Position numbers and translations under genes: made by a program | Part shown: piece by piece, positions 41,262-54,062 of the stretch | Position numbering within the stretch: position 1 is the first letter of the stretch | Layout: each line of letters begins with the position of its first letter | The notes under the pieces: generated by a model | Databases searched by the model: none | What the model was told of the DNA's origin: nothing | The model's input: the letters and a program-made list of their open reading frames with translations, nothing else | Assembly: GCA_944388605.1 (NCBI GenBank) | Contig: CALXJJ010000002.1 | Span: 17,274-81,273 of the forward strand | Reading direction: 5' to 3' | DNA: 64,000 nucleotides | Source: an uncultured Clostridia bacterium | GTDB taxonomy: Bacteria; Bacillota; Clostridia; TANB77; CAG-508

Positions 41262-41859
41262 TTAAAATAATTCTGGAAAAAGAGTTAATGCATCTAAATA
41301 TTCATTGGTTTTAATATCTCTCATTCCAAGATGTAAATGTGGACCTGTTGTAGCTCCATTTGTAGGATTTCCATTTGCATCTTTATATGGATTACCAATA
41401 ACTCCATATACATTTTTAGGACCAACTATAGCAATAATTTGACCTTGAGAAACATAATCCCCTTCTTTAACAAGAAATTGAGGAGAAATATGACAATAGG
41501 TAAATTTATAGTTTTCTGTAGTGAGTGTAAGAGTATAACCACCTCCACCAAGAAAATCTAAAAATGTTATTTCACCATCAGCAATTGCAATAAGACTACT
41601 TCCTTCAGGAGCTCCTATATCAACACCTTTATGATTAGAAGAAGCTCCAGAAGTTGGAGAGACACGTTTTCCAAAAAAAGATGTAATTGTGGTATATCCG
41701 AGGTGCTGGCCATAAATATCCAGAAGAGCTATAAAATAAATCATTTGCAACTAAATTTGAATTAATAGAAAATTGAGGAAATATAGGAATGAAAAAACAT
41801 GAAATGAAAATGATAAAAAGAATAAAAACAATATAAAAACGAAACGAACTACTAAGCAT
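41262..41859 (-). CDS. M23-family (LytM-type) metallopeptidase with an N-terminal TM anchor (as sequenced, needs a +1 shift at CGG 41700-41698)
   Basis: The upstream ORF (SD GGAGG, ATG 41859, TM segment, ...GYLWPAP) runs into CCT CGG. The +1 frame continues GYTTITSFFGKRVSP...HKGVDIGAPEGS...GPHLHLGM, which are the M23 motifs. Confidence 0.8.
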
Positions 41860-41986
41860 AAAAACCTCCAATAAAGTAGTCCTTAGAAATTATAAGTATT
41901 ATATAAAGTAAAAAACAAAAAGTCAAGAAAAAATCTTAACTTTTTATTCATATATATTTTATGTGGGCGAACAAAGACTTGAAACT

Positions 41987-42409
41987 TTACGATTTGTTCT
42001 TGAATGCAAAAAATTTACTTATAAAAAAGTTTAGAATAATTACAATTACAGTAATTATAATTTTACTTATTAATTTATCTATGCCTATAATATTGAATAA
42101 TAAAAAGAATCCAATAGTTTCAATTAACATAGTAAAAGCTCTACCTATTATAAACTTTATAAATTCTGCTAAATTTTCTTTAAATCCTTTTGCTGTACTA
42201 TTAAATACTATTTTTCGATTAGTAAAATATGCAAAAAGTACAGCTAATATTATTGCTATAATATTAGATAAATTTTCTTCAAAATTTAATATTGATGTTA
42301 ATAAGTAAAAAATGCCAACATTTATTAATGTTGTTAGAATTCCAAAAATTGCGTAAAATATTACTTCTCTTGTGCAAAACTTTTTAATTAAATTCTTAAA
42401 TTGCTCCAT
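41987..42409 (-). CDS. GtrA-family membrane protein
   Basis: 140 aa with 4 TM segments. FYAIFGILTTLINVGIFYLL ... FAYFTNRKIVF matches the GtrA-like pattern. Confidence 0.75.
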   Translation of the reverse strand: MEQFKNLIKKFCTREVIFYAIFGILTTLINVGIFYLLTSILNFEENLSNIIAIILAVLFAYFTNRKIVFNSTAKGFKENLAEFIKFIIGRAFTMLIETIGFFLLFNIIGIDKLISKIIITVIVIILNFFISKFFAFKNKS

Positions 42410-42568
42410 AAAATATTATATTCCTTTCTAAATAATATATAAATTATATATAAAAATAAAAAATATGTCAAATCAAAAAAATACAGTATAAATACGCACA
42501 ATTTTGTATTATAATATTATTTATAATTTTAAATCACTTATAATCTTAAAGGAGAGATAATAGTAAAT

Positions 42569-43681
42569 ATGAAAGAAATAGGAATATATATTCATATACC
42601 TTTTTGTAAAGGAAAATGTACATATTGCGATTTTATATCTTTTGCAAATAAGGAGGATTTAATAGAAAAATATGTAGAAAAATTAAAAGATGAAATTTCA
42701 CAAAAATCAAGCAATGAGTATGAAGTTACTACAATATATATAGGTGGAGGTACTCCATCATATATATATGGAAAATATATAAAAGAAATAATGAATTTGA
42801 TATATCAAAAATACAATGTAGATAACAATGCAGAAATTACTATAGAAATAAATCCTGGAACAGTAAGTTTGGAAAAATTAAAACAATATAAAGAAAGCAA
42901 AATAAATAGAATAAGTATAGGTTTGCAAGAAACTGATAATAAATTACTAAAAAAGATAGGAAGAATTCACACATATGAAGATTTTTTAGAAACATACAAA
43001 CAAATAAAAAATGTAGGATTTAGAAATATAAATATAGATTTAATGATAGGATTACCAGATCAAAATATAAAAAATGTAGAGCAGTCTTGCAATAATATAT
43101 TAAAATTAAATCCAGAACATATTTCTGTATATTCACTAATAGTAGAACAAGAAACATATATGGAAAAAATGATAGAGTTAAAAGAATGGGTATTACCAAG
43201 TGAAGAAGAAGAAAGAAAAATGTATTATTTTGTAAAAGATAAATTGGAGCATAATGGATATATACATTATGAAATATCAAATTTTGCCAAAAAGAATATG
43301 GAGTCAAAACATAATACTAATTGTTGGAAACAAAAAGAATATTTAGGAATGGGAGTTGCAGCACATTCATATTTAAATAAAAAAAGATTTTCAAATGTAG
43401 AAAATATAAATGACTATATAAACGGATCAGTTCCTATAATTCAAGAAGAGCAGGATTTAGATAGTGAAAAAAGAGAATTTATGATATTAGGGTTAAGAAT
43501 GTTAAGTGGAATTAAAATAAGCGATTTTAAAGAAAAATTTGTAGATAATCCTATTTTTATATTTTATAAACAAATAAATAAATTGACAAAAATGGGATTA
43601 ATTGAAATAGATAATAATATTATAAAATTAACTAAAAAAGGATTAGATTTTGCAAATATTGTATGGGAAGAATTTATTTAG
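42569..43681 (+). CDS. hemW: Radical SAM heme chaperone HemW (HemN-like)
   Basis: YIHIPFCKGKCTYCDF radical-SAM CxxxCxxC motif and IYIGGGTPS. Sits in the conserved position upstream of hrcA-grpE-dnaK. Confidence 0.85.
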   Translation: MKEIGIYIHIPFCKGKCTYCDFISFANKEDLIEKYVEKLKDEISQKSSNEYEVTTIYIGGGTPSYIYGKYIKEIMNLIYQKYNVDNNAEITIEINPGTVSLEKLKQYKESKINRISIGLQETDNKLLKKIGRIHTYEDFLETYKQIKNVGFRNINIDLMIGLPDQNIKNVEQSCNNILKLNPEHISVYSLIVEQETYMEKMIELKEWVLPSEEEERKMYYFVKDKLEHNGYIHYEISNFAKKNMESKHNTNCWKQKEYLGMGVAAHSYLNKKRFSNVENINDYINGSVPIIQEEQDLDSEKREFMILGLRMLSGIKISDFKEKFVDNPIFIFYKQINKLTKMGLIEIDNNIIKLTKKGLDFANIVWEEFI

Positions 43682-44014
43682 TTAAAGGAACAAAAACTAA
43701 AGAGTAAATCGTAAAGCCTTAAAACTTGCAAAAAATTTCAACTTCTTTATGTTGATTTCAATAATGATTGTATAAATAGAAAATAATGATTATATATAAA
43801 AAAATTTTTGGAATAAAAAATATAAAGAAAAGGCGACAAGAAAAAATAAAAAAATTATTAAACAAAAGAAGAATATAAGAGAAATATTAGAAATAACAAA
43901 AGAGGAAATAAAGAAATTAAAAATGATTTAAAATCTAGGTCACAAAAAATTCACAAAGAAAATGTAAAAAAGGTATTGACAATACCTTTTTTTGGATATA
44001 ATATATAATAAGTT

Positions 44015-44041
44015 TTAGCAATCAGATAATGAGAGTGCTAA
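44015..44041 (+). promoter_or_regulatory. CIRCE operator upstream of hrcA
   Basis: TTAGCAATC-N9-GAGTGCTAA, preceded by TTGACA (43976-43981). Confidence 0.85.
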
Positions 44042-44055
44042 AAGAGGTGAAAAAA

Positions 44056-45066
44056 GTGTTAGATAATCGAAAAAAAAGAATACTAAAAGCTATAGTAGAT
44101 GAATATATAGGTACAGCAGAACCAGTAAGTTCAGGGAGTATTAGTAAAAAGAATGGAATAGATTTTAGTAGTGCTACAATTAGAAATGAAATGGCAGAAT
44201 TGGAGAAAACAGGTTATTTAGATAAGCCACATACTTCAAGTGGAAGAGTACCATCAGAAAAAGGATATAGGTTATATGTAGATGAACTTATAAAAGATGA
44301 TAATATCAGTTTGGAAGAAATAAAATATATTAGTTCTAAACTTGAAACAAAAGTTAATGAAATTGAAGATTTAACAAGAATTACAGCAAGTACGTTATCA
44401 GAGATAACACATTATACTGCTGTTTCAATAGGTCCCAAAAGTGAAATACAAAATATAGAAGAAGTAAAATTTGTTTTGTTAGGTTCAAGAATGTTAATGG
44501 CTGTGATACTTACAGATACAGGAATGATAAAAGAAACAATAATAAAATTTAATGAAGATATAACAGAAAAACAAGTAGAAACTTTAAATTTTATATTTAA
44601 TAATAAACTAAAAGGAAAGCCATTAGCAGAAATAGATACACCATTAGAAAAATATATTTTTTCACAAATGAACTATAGTGTAGCAATTATAAGAAAAGTT
44701 ATAGAGCAAATTAAGAAAGTTATAAATGAGCAAGATAATAAGATATATTTGGAAGGTGCAAAACAAGTATTTGATTTACCAGAATTTAAAAGTTTGGAAA
44801 CTGCAAAAAAATTTATAAACTTATTAGATACTAAAGAAATTATGCTAGATTTATTAGATTCTGGTTTTGCACAAGATATAAATGTATATATTGGAAGTGA
44901 GAATTCTGCAAAAGAGTTGAAAGATTTTAGTATAGTTACATTCAAGCACAAAATAGGAAATAAAGATATGGGAACCATAGGAATAATAGGACCAACAAGA
45001 ATGGATTATTCTAAAGTTATTTCAGTATTAAAATATATTAGTAAAAAGTTAAATAATAAAAATTAG
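44056..45066 (+). CDS. hrcA: Heat-inducible transcription repressor HrcA
   Basis: LDNRKKRILKAIVDEYI.TAEPVSSG is the HrcA N-terminal wHTH. GTG 44056 follows AAGAGGTGA. The track ATG 44029 lies inside CIRCE. Confidence 0.9.
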   Translation: MLDNRKKRILKAIVDEYIGTAEPVSSGSISKKNGIDFSSATIRNEMAELEKTGYLDKPHTSSGRVPSEKGYRLYVDELIKDDNISLEEIKYISSKLETKVNEIEDLTRITASTLSEITHYTAVSIGPKSEIQNIEEVKFVLLGSRMLMAVILTDTGMIKETIIKFNEDITEKQVETLNFIFNNKLKGKPLAEIDTPLEKYIFSQMNYSVAIIRKVIEQIKKVINEQDNKIYLEGAKQVFDLPEFKSLETAKKFINLLDTKEIMLDLLDSGFAQDINVYIGSENSAKELKDFSIVTFKHKIGNKDMGTIGIIGPTRMDYSKVISVLKYISKKLNNKN

Positions 45067-45072
45067 AAAGGG

Positions 45073-47500
<2,428 letters not shown>

Positions 47501-47510
47501 TGTAAAAAGG

Positions 47511-47540
47511 AAGTTGGAAGTATAAGAACTTCCAACTTTT
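47511..47540 (+). terminator. Hairpin between dnaK and dnaJ (terminator/attenuator)
   Basis: AAGTTGGAAGT-ATAAGA-ACTTCCAACTT followed by TTTT. Confidence 0.65.
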
Positions 47541-47558
47541 AAAAATGAGGTGAAAATA

Positions 47559-48722
47559 GTGGCAGGAAAAAAAGATTATTATGAAGTGTTAGGAGTTAGT
47601 AAAACAGCAACAGATGAAGAACTAAAAAAAGCATATAGAAAACTTGCAAAAAAGTACCATCCTGATGCCAATCCAGATAATAAAAAAGAAGCAGAGATGA
47701 AATTTAAAGAAATAAATGAAGCTTATGAAACATTATCAGATCCACAAAAAAGAAAAATGTATGACCAATTTGGACCAGAAGGACCAAGTGGATTTGGTGG
47801 TACAGGAGGTCCATTTGGAGGGCAAGGAGGATATTATTCATATACTACTTCTGGATTTGATGGCTTTTCAGATTTTGGAGATTTAGGAGATATTTTTTCC
47901 TCATTTTTTGGAGGAGGAAGGAGTAGTTCAAGAAATAATAATAGACCTAGACAAGGTGATGATTTAAAATATAATATGGATATATCTTTTGAAGATTCAT
48001 TTTTAGGAGTTGAAAGAGAAATAAATATTACTAGAAATGAAACTTGTAATACATGTAATGGAACAGGTGCAAGACCAGGAACAAGACCAGAAAAATGTAG
48101 TGTATGTCATGGAACAGGAAATGTAACACAAGTACAAAATACAATTTTAGGTCAGATGCAAACTACTAGACCATGTAGTAATTGTCACGGAACAGGTGAA
48201 GTAATAAAAGAACCATGTGATATGTGTAGAGGAAAAGGAACTGTAAGGAAACAAGCTAAAATAAAAGTGAAAATACCAGCAGGAATAAATGATGGACAAA
48301 CAATAGTTTTAAGAGGTGAAGGAGAGCCAGGAAGTAAAGGAGGACCAAAGGGTGATTTATATATTACTATGAGAGTTAAGAAACATAGTATATATTCAAG
48401 AAGTGGTGATAATGTAATATGTGATATTCCAATCACATTTACCCAAGCTACATTAGGAGCAGATTTAGAAATACCACTAGTTGATGGAACAAAGGAAAAA
48501 TATAGAATTCCAGAAGGAACTCAACCAGGTACTAAATTTACTATAAAAAATAAAGGATTTAAAGCAATAAATGGAAATTATCAAGGTGATTTTGTATTTA
48601 AAGTCCAAGTTCAAGTTCCAAAAAGGCTTACATCAGAACAAAGAGAGATATTAACAAGATTAGCAAAAACTATGAATGAACAGCCACCAGTTAGAAAAAA
48701 GGGATTGTTTAATTGGGATTAA
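47559..48722 (+). CDS. dnaJ: Molecular chaperone DnaJ
   Basis: J domain (KDYYEVLGV...YHPD), Gly/Phe-rich linker, four CxxCxGxG repeats. GTG 47559 follows GAGGTG; the track ORF starts at 47550. Confidence 0.95.
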   Translation: MAGKKDYYEVLGVSKTATDEELKKAYRKLAKKYHPDANPDNKKEAEMKFKEINEAYETLSDPQKRKMYDQFGPEGPSGFGGTGGPFGGQGGYYSYTTSGFDGFSDFGDLGDIFSSFFGGGRSSSRNNNRPRQGDDLKYNMDISFEDSFLGVEREINITRNETCNTCNGTGARPGTRPEKCSVCHGTGNVTQVQNTILGQMQTTRPCSNCHGTGEVIKEPCDMCRGKGTVRKQAKIKVKIPAGINDGQTIVLRGEGEPGSKGGPKGDLYITMRVKKHSIYSRSGDNVICDIPITFTQATLGADLEIPLVDGTKEKYRIPEGTQPGTKFTIKNKGFKAINGNYQGDFVFKVQVQVPKRLTSEQREILTRLAKTMNEQPPVRKKGLFNWD

Positions 48723-48835
48723 ATAACCTTTCTCTAAGTTATAAGAAATTGAATTTCCTATAACTTAAAAATATATGATGTACGAAAAATTGCAAAACAA
48801 TATGATAAAACTATAGAAAGCATTAAAATGAAATT

Positions 48836-50305
48836 TTAAATTTTAATGCTTTCATTTTTTGTATAAGAAAATCCAAATAAAAATAGAATGTACATAACAA
48901 CAAAAAATATAAAACCAAACCACATATTTTTATTATGAACATAAAATGATATATAATATGCTAGTAAGCACGAAATTATAGGTATAATAAATAAAGAATA
49001 CATATTAAGTTTAAAATTAATTGTTTTATATAAAAGGGTTATGCTTACTGTAAAGTTAAATATTTCGCTAATATATAATGAAATAAAATATCCTAAAATA
49101 CCAAATTTTGGTACTAAAATAAAAATAGATATTATTGTGATTATAGAATCTGCAATATTGCATAACATTACACTTGTTTGCTTATCTAATCCTTTTAAAA
49201 TATTATCTATAATACTATCTAAATACATAACAATAACTAAAGGACTTAAAAGTTGTATGTATTTACCTATACTAGCATCATTATAAACTAATACTCCTAT
49301 ATCATTACCATAGAAGAAAAATATACCAGAAATAGCTATAACGAATATGAAACTTACCTTGAATATTTTTGAAATTATAAATTTCATTTCTTTTTTCTTA
49401 TTAAAAGAATTATAGTAAGAAAATTCTGTAATTAATAAAGAACTAAAAGAACTAGTGATAACTTCCGGAAATAATAGTAAAGGCATTGCCATTCCTTGTA
49501 TTTTACCAAAAATAGATATAGCACTATCATATGATAAATTAGAAAGAGCCAATTGCTGTGGGATTAAAAATTGTTTAAAAGAACTTAACCCACTTTTTAA
49601 ATATGATGTAATAGATAAAGGTGATACTATTTTAATAAGTTTACCTATATAAGAATTATTCCCTCTGCATAATATTTTTTTTGAATCTATATAATATGTA
49701 AATACATTGTAAAGAAAAGATGAAATTTCAGATATTATTTCTCCTAAAATTAAGCTTAAACAGGCGAATTCAATACCAGAAGGAAGAATATATGTTAAAA
49801 GTAAAAATATAATAGCCATTTTAATAAATTGCTCGAAAATTCTTGCAAAAGAATTTTTAGCAACTTGTCTTAAACCTGTAAAATATCCAGTGAAACTAGC
49901 AGACATAGAGATAAAAGGTAAACTAATTGCCATTAATTTTATAAGATAGCTAGGAAGTTTATTATTTAATACAGTTATGCAAATATAATCAGATAATAAA
50001 AATAATATAAAAAATGCAGATATTCCAAAAAAACCAGATAATTTTAAGGAATCTCTTAAGATATTTTTATAATTATATATATTATGTTCTGATGAAATTA
50101 ATTTGTTACATGCAAATTGAATACCAGATGATGCTACAGTAACTGAAAACATATATACAGATGTAATTAAAGTAAATAAACCAACAGCTTCAGATCCTAT
50201 TTGGTTAGATATATATATATTAAAAAACATTCCAATACTTCTCATTAATATAGAAGTTATTAAAATTATTAAACCATTCTTAAAAAAAACTTTATACCTT
50301 CTCAT
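48836..50305 (-). CDS. spoVB: Stage V sporulation protein B-like MOP-family flippase
   Basis: 489 aa with about 14 TM segments and a polysaccharide-biosynthesis/MurJ-superfamily layout. The SpoVB assignment (rather than another MOP flippase) is tentative. Confidence 0.6.
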   Translation of the reverse strand: MRRYKVFFKNGLIILITSILMRSIGMFFNIYISNQIGSEAVGLFTLITSVYMFSVTVASSGIQFACNKLISSEHNIYNYKNILRDSLKLSGFFGISAFFILFLLSDYICITVLNNKLPSYLIKLMAISLPFISMSASFTGYFTGLRQVAKNSFARIFEQFIKMAIIFLLLTYILPSGIEFACLSLILGEIISEISSFLYNVFTYYIDSKKILCRGNNSYIGKLIKIVSPLSITSYLKSGLSSFKQFLIPQQLALSNLSYDSAISIFGKIQGMAMPLLLFPEVITSSFSSLLITEFSYYNSFNKKKEMKFIISKIFKVSFIFVIAISGIFFFYGNDIGVLVYNDASIGKYIQLLSPLVIVMYLDSIIDNILKGLDKQTSVMLCNIADSIITIISIFILVPKFGILGYFISLYISEIFNFTVSITLLYKTINFKLNMYSLFIIPIISCLLAYYISFYVHNKNMWFGFIFFVVMYILFLFGFSYTKNESIKI

Positions 50306-50341
50306 AATAAAAAATATATGTTATATATTATAAAAAAATTC

Positions 50342-50365
50342 TGACCAGTCATTCTAATTGAAAAA
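50342..50365 (+). promoter_or_regulatory. Operator-like 24-mer overlapping the fabH -35 box
   Basis: TGACCAGTCATTCTAATTGAAAAA is identical to 54063-54086. It contains the dyad TGAC-CA-GTCA. TTGAAA-17-TAAAAT follows. Confidence 0.6.
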
Positions 50366-50417
50366 AATAATATTTTTTAATAAAATACATGTGACTTAAA
50401 ATAAGGAATGATGTTAA

Positions 50418-51341
50418 ATGAATAATATTAAAATAATAGGTAATGGTTACTATTTACCAAAAAGAAAGATTGAAAATAGTTATTTTTTTAATAAAATGAA
50501 TATAAATGATGAGTACATATATAAAAGAAGTGGAATAAAAACAAGATATTTTGTAAAAGATGAAACTATCGAAGAAATGGCAATAATTGCTTCTAGAAAG
50601 GCAATAGAAAATGCAAAAATAAATGAAAATGATATAGATATGATTATTGTAGCAACAACATCGTCAGATAAAATGATGCCAGGAATATCATATAAAATAC
50701 AAAAGGAATTGAAAATAAATGAATGTATTTGTTTAGATATATTAGCAGGATGTGGAGGATTTATAAATGCATTAGATATTGCTAGAAATTATATATCATT
50801 AAATAAAATAAAAAAAGCAATCATAGTTGGTGTTGATATATTATCAAAGTGTTTTAAAGAAAACGATTTATCAGTTGGATTTATACTTTCAGATGGAGCA
50901 GGTGCAATAATTGTAGAGAATAGTGAAAAAGAATATTATTCATATATTATTTCAGATGGAAAGAATGGTGATATATTAACATACATATCGGGTGAAGATA
51001 TTTATATGGATGGTACCAAAGTATATAAGTATGCAGTAAAGGAAACAGTAGAGAATATAAGAAAATTGTTAAAAAATGCAAACATAGAATTAAATGAAAT
51101 AAAATATATAGTACCACATCAATCTAATGCTAAAATAATGAATGCAATTGCAAATAGGTTAGGAATAGAAACAGATAAAATGATATCAAATATAGAAAAT
51201 GTAGGAAATACATTTTGTGCTAGTATACCAATAGCGATTAATAAATTATTTGAAAAGAAAGACTTAAAAAGTGGAGACAGAATTATTTTATTAGGTTATG
51301 GAGGAGGATTAAATACAGGTAGTATTTTATTAGAAATATAA
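50418..51341 (+). CDS. fabH: 3-oxoacyl-ACP synthase III
   Basis: Active-site contexts LAGCGGF (Cys), VPHQSN (His) and GNTFCASIP (Asn). 307 aa. Confidence 0.9.
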   Translation: MNNIKIIGNGYYLPKRKIENSYFFNKMNINDEYIYKRSGIKTRYFVKDETIEEMAIIASRKAIENAKINENDIDMIIVATTSSDKMMPGISYKIQKELKINECICLDILAGCGGFINALDIARNYISLNKIKKAIIVGVDILSKCFKENDLSVGFILSDGAGAIIVENSEKEYYSYIISDGKNGDILTYISGEDIYMDGTKVYKYAVKETVENIRKLLKNANIELNEIKYIVPHQSNAKIMNAIANRLGIETDKMISNIENVGNTFCASIPIAINKLFEKKDLKSGDRIILLGYGGGLNTGSILLEI

Positions 51342-51365
51342 AACTAGAAAGGAATGTGATAAATT

Positions 51366-52277
51366 ATGAAAACTGCTTTTATGTTTCCAGGTCAAGGAGT
51401 ACAAGTTGTAGGAATGGGAAAAGACTTTTACGAAAATTATGCAGAAGCTAAGCAAGTATATGAAAATGCAAGTGAAATATTAGAAATAGATATGAAAAAA
51501 TTATGCTTTGAAAGTTCACAAAATGACTTAAATAAAACTGAAAATACACAAATAGCTATAGCTGTTACAAGTTTAGCAATTTTAAAAGTAATAAAATCTT
51601 TAGGAATAAAAGAAGATTTTAATTTTGGGCTAAGTCTTGGAGAGTATGTTGCTTTAATAGAAGCTGGAATTATTTCATTTGATGACGGATTAAAGCTTTT
51701 AAGAAAAAGAGGATATTATATGGGAAATTTTTTACCTAAAGAAGATTTCTTAATGTTAGCAGTAATTGGACTAGAAAGTAAAAAAATTGAAGAAATTTGT
51801 AGTAATATAGATGGATTTGTAGTACCTGCAAATTATAATTATTCTAATCAAACAGTAATATCTGGAAATTTAGAAGCAGTAAAAGAAGCTGAAAATTTAC
51901 TAAAACAAGCAGGAGCAAAAAAAGTTATACCATTAAACACAAGTGGACCTTTTCATACAATAAAGTTAAGAAAAGCAAGCGAAATGTTTTCAAAAGATTT
52001 AGATAAAATAGAATTTAAAGAACCAAAAAATAAGGTGATAAAAAATTTAGATGGTACAGAATATACAAAAAACGATAATATAAAAGAAATATTAGCAAAA
52101 CATATAATATCTCCTGTAAGATTCGATAAAATATTAGAATTGATGAAAAAAGAACATGTGGACAGATTTATAGAAATAGGTCCAGGTAAAGCATTATCTG
52201 GTTTTGTTAGAAAAGAAATGGATAATGTAGAAATATATTCAATAAATAGCATAGAAGCATTAAAAAAATTAAATTAA
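51366..52277 (+). CDS. fabD: Malonyl CoA-ACP transacylase
   Basis: FMFPGQG and GLSLGEY (active-site Ser), PFHT. 303 aa. Confidence 0.9.
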   Translation: MKTAFMFPGQGVQVVGMGKDFYENYAEAKQVYENASEILEIDMKKLCFESSQNDLNKTENTQIAIAVTSLAILKVIKSLGIKEDFNFGLSLGEYVALIEAGIISFDDGLKLLRKRGYYMGNFLPKEDFLMLAVIGLESKKIEEICSNIDGFVVPANYNYSNQTVISGNLEAVKEAENLLKQAGAKKVIPLNTSGPFHTIKLRKASEMFSKDLDKIEFKEPKNKVIKNLDGTEYTKNDNIKEILAKHIISPVRFDKILELMKKEHVDRFIEIGPGKALSGFVRKEMDNVEIYSINSIEALKKLN

Positions 52278-52301
52278 TTATATAGGAAAGGATGATTTAA
52301 A

Positions 52302-53042
52302 ATGGAAAAAAAAGTAGCGCTTATAACAGGAGGATCAAGAGGGATAGGAAAGAGTGTAGCAGAAAAATTTGCTAAAAATGGTTACAACTTAGTTATAAAT
52401 TATGTATCAGATAATACTGATACAAATAAATTATCAGAAGAATTGAAAAATATAGGAGATATAGAAGTATTATTTGTAAAAACAGATGTAACAAATTATG
52501 AGGATTGCGAAAATATGACTAAACAAGCAATAGAAAAATTTGGAAGAATAGATGTTTTGGTCAATAATGCAGGTATAACAAAAGATGGGTTATTGATGAG
52601 AATGAAACAAGAAGATTTTGATAGAGTTATAGATGTAAACTTAAAAGGAGTATTTAATGTAACAAAAACAGTAATACCTTATATGATGAAACAAAAAGAG
52701 GGTCATATTGTGAATATATCTTCAGTGGTAGGAGTTACAGGAAATGCTGGACAATGTAATTATTCAGCTTCGAAAGCAGGAATAATAGGATTTACAAAAA
52801 GCTTAGCACGCGAAGTTGCAAGTAGGAATATATTAGCTAATTGTGTAGCCCCAGGATTTATAAAGACTGATATGACAGATGTACTTAAAGATGAAGTAAA
52901 AGAAAATATAAATGCACAAATTCCAGTAAAAAGAATGGGAACAGCACAAGAAGTGGCAAATGCAATATTTTTCTTATCAAGTGAAGAAAATACGTACATA
53001 ACAGGTCAAGTGTTAAATATAGATGGTGGAATGGTAATGTAG
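52302..53042 (+). CDS. fabG: 3-oxoacyl-ACP reductase
   Basis: SDR motifs TGGSRGIG, NNAG and YSASKAG. C-terminal GQVLNIDGGMVM. Confidence 0.9.
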   Translation: MEKKVALITGGSRGIGKSVAEKFAKNGYNLVINYVSDNTDTNKLSEELKNIGDIEVLFVKTDVTNYEDCENMTKQAIEKFGRIDVLVNNAGITKDGLLMRMKQEDFDRVIDVNLKGVFNVTKTVIPYMMKQKEGHIVNISSVVGVTGNAGQCNYSASKAGIIGFTKSLAREVASRNILANCVAPGFIKTDMTDVLKDEVKENINAQIPVKRMGTAQEVANAIFFLSSEENTYITGQVLNIDGGMVM

Positions 53043-53043
53043 A

Positions 53044-53072
53044 TTGACAAAATTTACATAAAGTGATATAAT
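53044..53072 (+). promoter_or_regulatory. Consensus extended -10 promoter for ORF 53102
   Basis: TTGACA (53044-53049), 17-nt spacer, TGaTATAAT (53064-53072), then the AAGGAGGG SD. Confidence 0.65.
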
Positions 53073-53101
53073 TGTTTATATTTTTTTAAGGAGGGTTCTC
53101 T

Positions 53102-53971
53102 ATGAAGGACATCTGCAAAATTAATCTGCGGTCAAAGACAAGAGCTGGATTCAAAAATGAAAATGACTTAATAATGTCAATCATTGAATCATTTTTGTAT
53201 AGCGTGTATTCAGAGGATGTCGCACTAGATACTATTTGGAAACTCATGAATGGAGAAAGTCGTACATTGAGATATTTTGGAATTACATTATGTTTTCCAC
53301 CAGAAAAAGAAAATATGGTATTGATGAATCGCAGGCAATTAAAAATGTTAGCAAATGAGATGAGGTATCAATATATGCAACTTCATCCTAAGGCTTTTCA
53401 AAAAGAAGATCAAATGTTTAGAGATATTTGTGAAGCTTTTGAAAATAATGTGATAGAATCAAATATCATTTGGGAGAAGATAAGACAAAGTTCATACATT
53501 TTAGAAAAATTAGAGAGAAGTTTATATTTACTTTCTTCTAATAGAGAAAATAACAAATTCGGAGGATTAAGGAATTTAGGATTTAATAGATGTGAAGCTG
53601 AATTCTTTATGCCTAAATGTTCTGCTATTGAGCAAATAATCATAAAAGTCTTATCTAGAGGTGGTGAGAGAATTGATTTAATACCTAATCAGGTATTAAA
53701 AAAAGACGATAAGATCGATTTCATACCAAATACTGAATTAAAAGAGAGTGAAGACAATATTATGAGAACTGAAGAAACTAATAATATCCAATATGTATCT
53801 GTTATGCTTGGAAAAGTAGTAACGCCTCAAGATGTAATTGAGTTTAGCGAAGAATTTACTAAACTGTTAGAAGCTTTAGAAAATCTTGAAAATTGTGGAT
53901 TTTCTGTAGAGAGTATCTTAGAGAAGAGGACTAAGATAAAAAAAATGCTAGAAGTCATAGAAATTTTTTAG
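53102..53971 (+). CDS. Hypothetical 289-aa orphan protein inserted between fabG and fabF
   Basis: Long intact ORF in an AT-rich context, visibly GC-richer with different codon choice (in-frame CGG at 53129-53131). It has its own promoter, SD and terminator. No recognisable domain or TM segment. Confidence 0.65.
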   Translation: MKDICKINLRSKTRAGFKNENDLIMSIIESFLYSVYSEDVALDTIWKLMNGESRTLRYFGITLCFPPEKENMVLMNRRQLKMLANEMRYQYMQLHPKAFQKEDQMFRDICEAFENNVIESNIIWEKIRQSSYILEKLERSLYLLSSNRENNKFGGLRNLGFNRCEAEFFMPKCSAIEQIIIKVLSRGGERIDLIPNQVLKKDDKIDFIPNTELKESEDNIMRTEETNNIQYVSVMLGKVVTPQDVIEFSEEFTKLLEALENLENCGFSVESILEKRTKIKKMLEVIEIF

Positions 53972-53982
53972 AGAACTTTAAA

Positions 53983-54005
53983 AGGAGTGCAATTGCACTC
54001 CTTTT
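53983..54005 (+). terminator. Hairpin terminator of ORF 53102
   Basis: GGAGTGC-AATT-GCACTCC followed by CTTTT, 11 nt after the stop codon. Confidence 0.7.
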
Positions 54006-54062
54006 AAATAATATATTAGATCCATTGCCCACAATTTTGACTTGTTTATAACTAAATAAAAT

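Noticed and set aside
43786-43878. 30-codon highly basic sORF (MIIYKKIFGIKNIKKRRQEKIKKLLNKRRI) in the purine-rich hemW-hrcA spacer.
   Set aside because: It has no SD. The composition simply reflects an A-rich spacer, and nothing points to conservation.
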